Part shown: positions 62,595 through 64,000 of the stretch, piece by piece | Layout: each line of letters opens with the position of its first letter | Position numbering within the stretch: the first letter of the stretch is position 1 | DNA from: Balanoglossus misakiensis | Taxonomy: Eukaryota; Animalia; Hemichordata | Length of the DNA stretch: 64,000 nucleotides | Assembly: GCA_040954595.2 (NCBI GenBank) | Contig: CM082587.2 | Location: 9,801,403 to 9,865,402, forward strand | Direction: 5' to 3' | The notes under the pieces: model-generated | Seen by the model: only the letters and a program-made list of their open reading frames with translations | Database searches by the model: none | Told to the model about the DNA's origin: nothing | Program-made: the position numbers and the translations under genes

Positions 62595-64000
62595 TTAGAC
62601 ACCTGAAAGATACAAACATCTCAATGTTAAATATGCGTAAGTATAACTTTGAATATAACATCTCAATGGCCCTCAAATATGATTCTCATAGCGCATTCAG
62701 AGAGCCGAACAAGAAACATGGTTGATACAAAGAACGCGAATAATGAAAGAAATGGCCAAAGCTGCAGGTGATTGATCTTTGAACCTTACCTGATCTATCA
62801 ACAACGCCCATGACGGCATCTGAATCCACTATTTTCGCTGGTATTGGATTCTTTAACCAGCATTCGCCAGTATTTTCTCTGAAAGTCCATGCAAGACACT
62901 GACTGTTGCGTTTGCAATCTTCACAACATTCTTCTGGACTGCTCTTGATGTTTTGGTATCCGTCATTTATGTCGTTTCCAGGTGTGGCGAAACCATCTTC
63001 CATGTTACAGCCTACGCCTGTGATATATATTAAGAATATATTATTGGTGTTGAAAACAATGTCCATCGCATTGATAAACGTACATATTGCATCAAGTTCT
63101 TTCCAAATCCAAATAGTCAATATTGAAATATCGACACGAGTACAGGCCCAACGCACGATGGGATTTAGGCCTATTTTGAAAATTGTCAAAAATGACAAAT
63201 TCCCGAAATTGCTAATATTGGCCATTCTGTCATTTTTGGACGTTTTTCATGGGTTATATATATATAGCTCATGAAAATTGTCCATTCATATCCCTCGTTA
63301 ACGTTTGTCTCTCTACCAGAATACGTGTACGCTTTGAATTAGAGGGACTTGCCCCTCCAGAGCGTTTGAATGGGTGTCCAGCAAGCCCATTACAAAATTA
63401 AATTTACATATGAAAATGTGTCAAACTGAACATTTTAGTACTAACCATACTCGCATCCACGAAGAAAGGCAAACTGGCAAAAAAAACAGACAAAGGTTAC
63501 TAATTACTGCGATGATTTTTTAGGCTCATATTTGTTCAAAATACACGGTCAGAGATCTGTTTGAGATAGTCAATGGAAATATTGATACAGTGCAGTGGTC
63601 GCCTGACTTGCGTTTTCACAGACCTTCGGGGGGGGGGGGGGGGGGGAACGATTTCATCCCCAAGTTTGAAAAAACGCTGCGTGATTTCTGTTTGAAATTT
63701 GTGCATTCAAATTGAAGATATTACACCTCAAGTTGAAACTTTCAATGACAGTTCGGGGTGGGCGCTCGACCGAAATACGATAATTGCACGATTAAAGTCA
63801 GCCTTACATATTTGTCGTTTCGGTATTCGAAACTTTCTTCAAAATGTGAATTGGCCAACGGACATGCAGTGACAATCGTTTACCACCCGTAATTATGAAC
63901 TTCGGTTAACGCACTCAAACGCTCTCAAAAGCAACCGAGACATTAAAAAATAGTTGTTGCCAGCGCTGCATGCAAATTTTACACTTACCTGACAAAGTAC
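62595..64000 (-). CDS. PAN/apple-domain protein, 3' exons: beyond 64000 to 63989, 63017-62790, 62602-62595 (stop)
   Basis: GCNMEDG...PGNDI...SPEECCEDCKRNSQCLAWTF...ECWLK matches the PAN/apple cysteine pattern. Symmetric phase 1-1 exon of 228 nt; the next acceptor gives GV*. Confidence 0.8.

Noticed and set aside
63018-63225. N-terminal part of the 179-aa minus-strand ORF
   Set aside because: It lies upstream of the acceptor at 63017 and is intronic; only the PAN exon is supported.

Overview
Eukaryotic, AT-rich, TE-dense genomic DNA, probably from a marine invertebrate deuterostome (inference from TLR style and repeat families). Manual splicing recovers four spliced genes and two intronless Toll-like receptor copies. 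The spliced genes are the 3' end of WDR6 (+, 1881-4774), a complete 13-exon ERO1 (-, 46731-24913, 447 aa), the 5' half of CMTR2/FTSJD1 (+, about 49728 to beyond 60621, head-to-head with ERO1), and the 3' end of a PAN/apple-domain gene (-) apparently inside a CMTR2 intron. The intact TLR (28706-31570) is nested antisense in ERO1 intron 10. A recent tandem duplication of about 15 kb (1969-16690 / 16691-32314) spans the tail-to-tail WDR6/ERO1 junction. It copies the TLR and leaves both housekeeping genes intact, each with a spare set of terminal exons, including the ERO1 CxxCxxC active-site exon. The upstream TLR copy carries one in-frame TGA and could encode a short secreted LRR protein. Many MITEs are present and several differ between the two duplicate units. 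All calls come from manual reading and recalled motifs; no searches were run.
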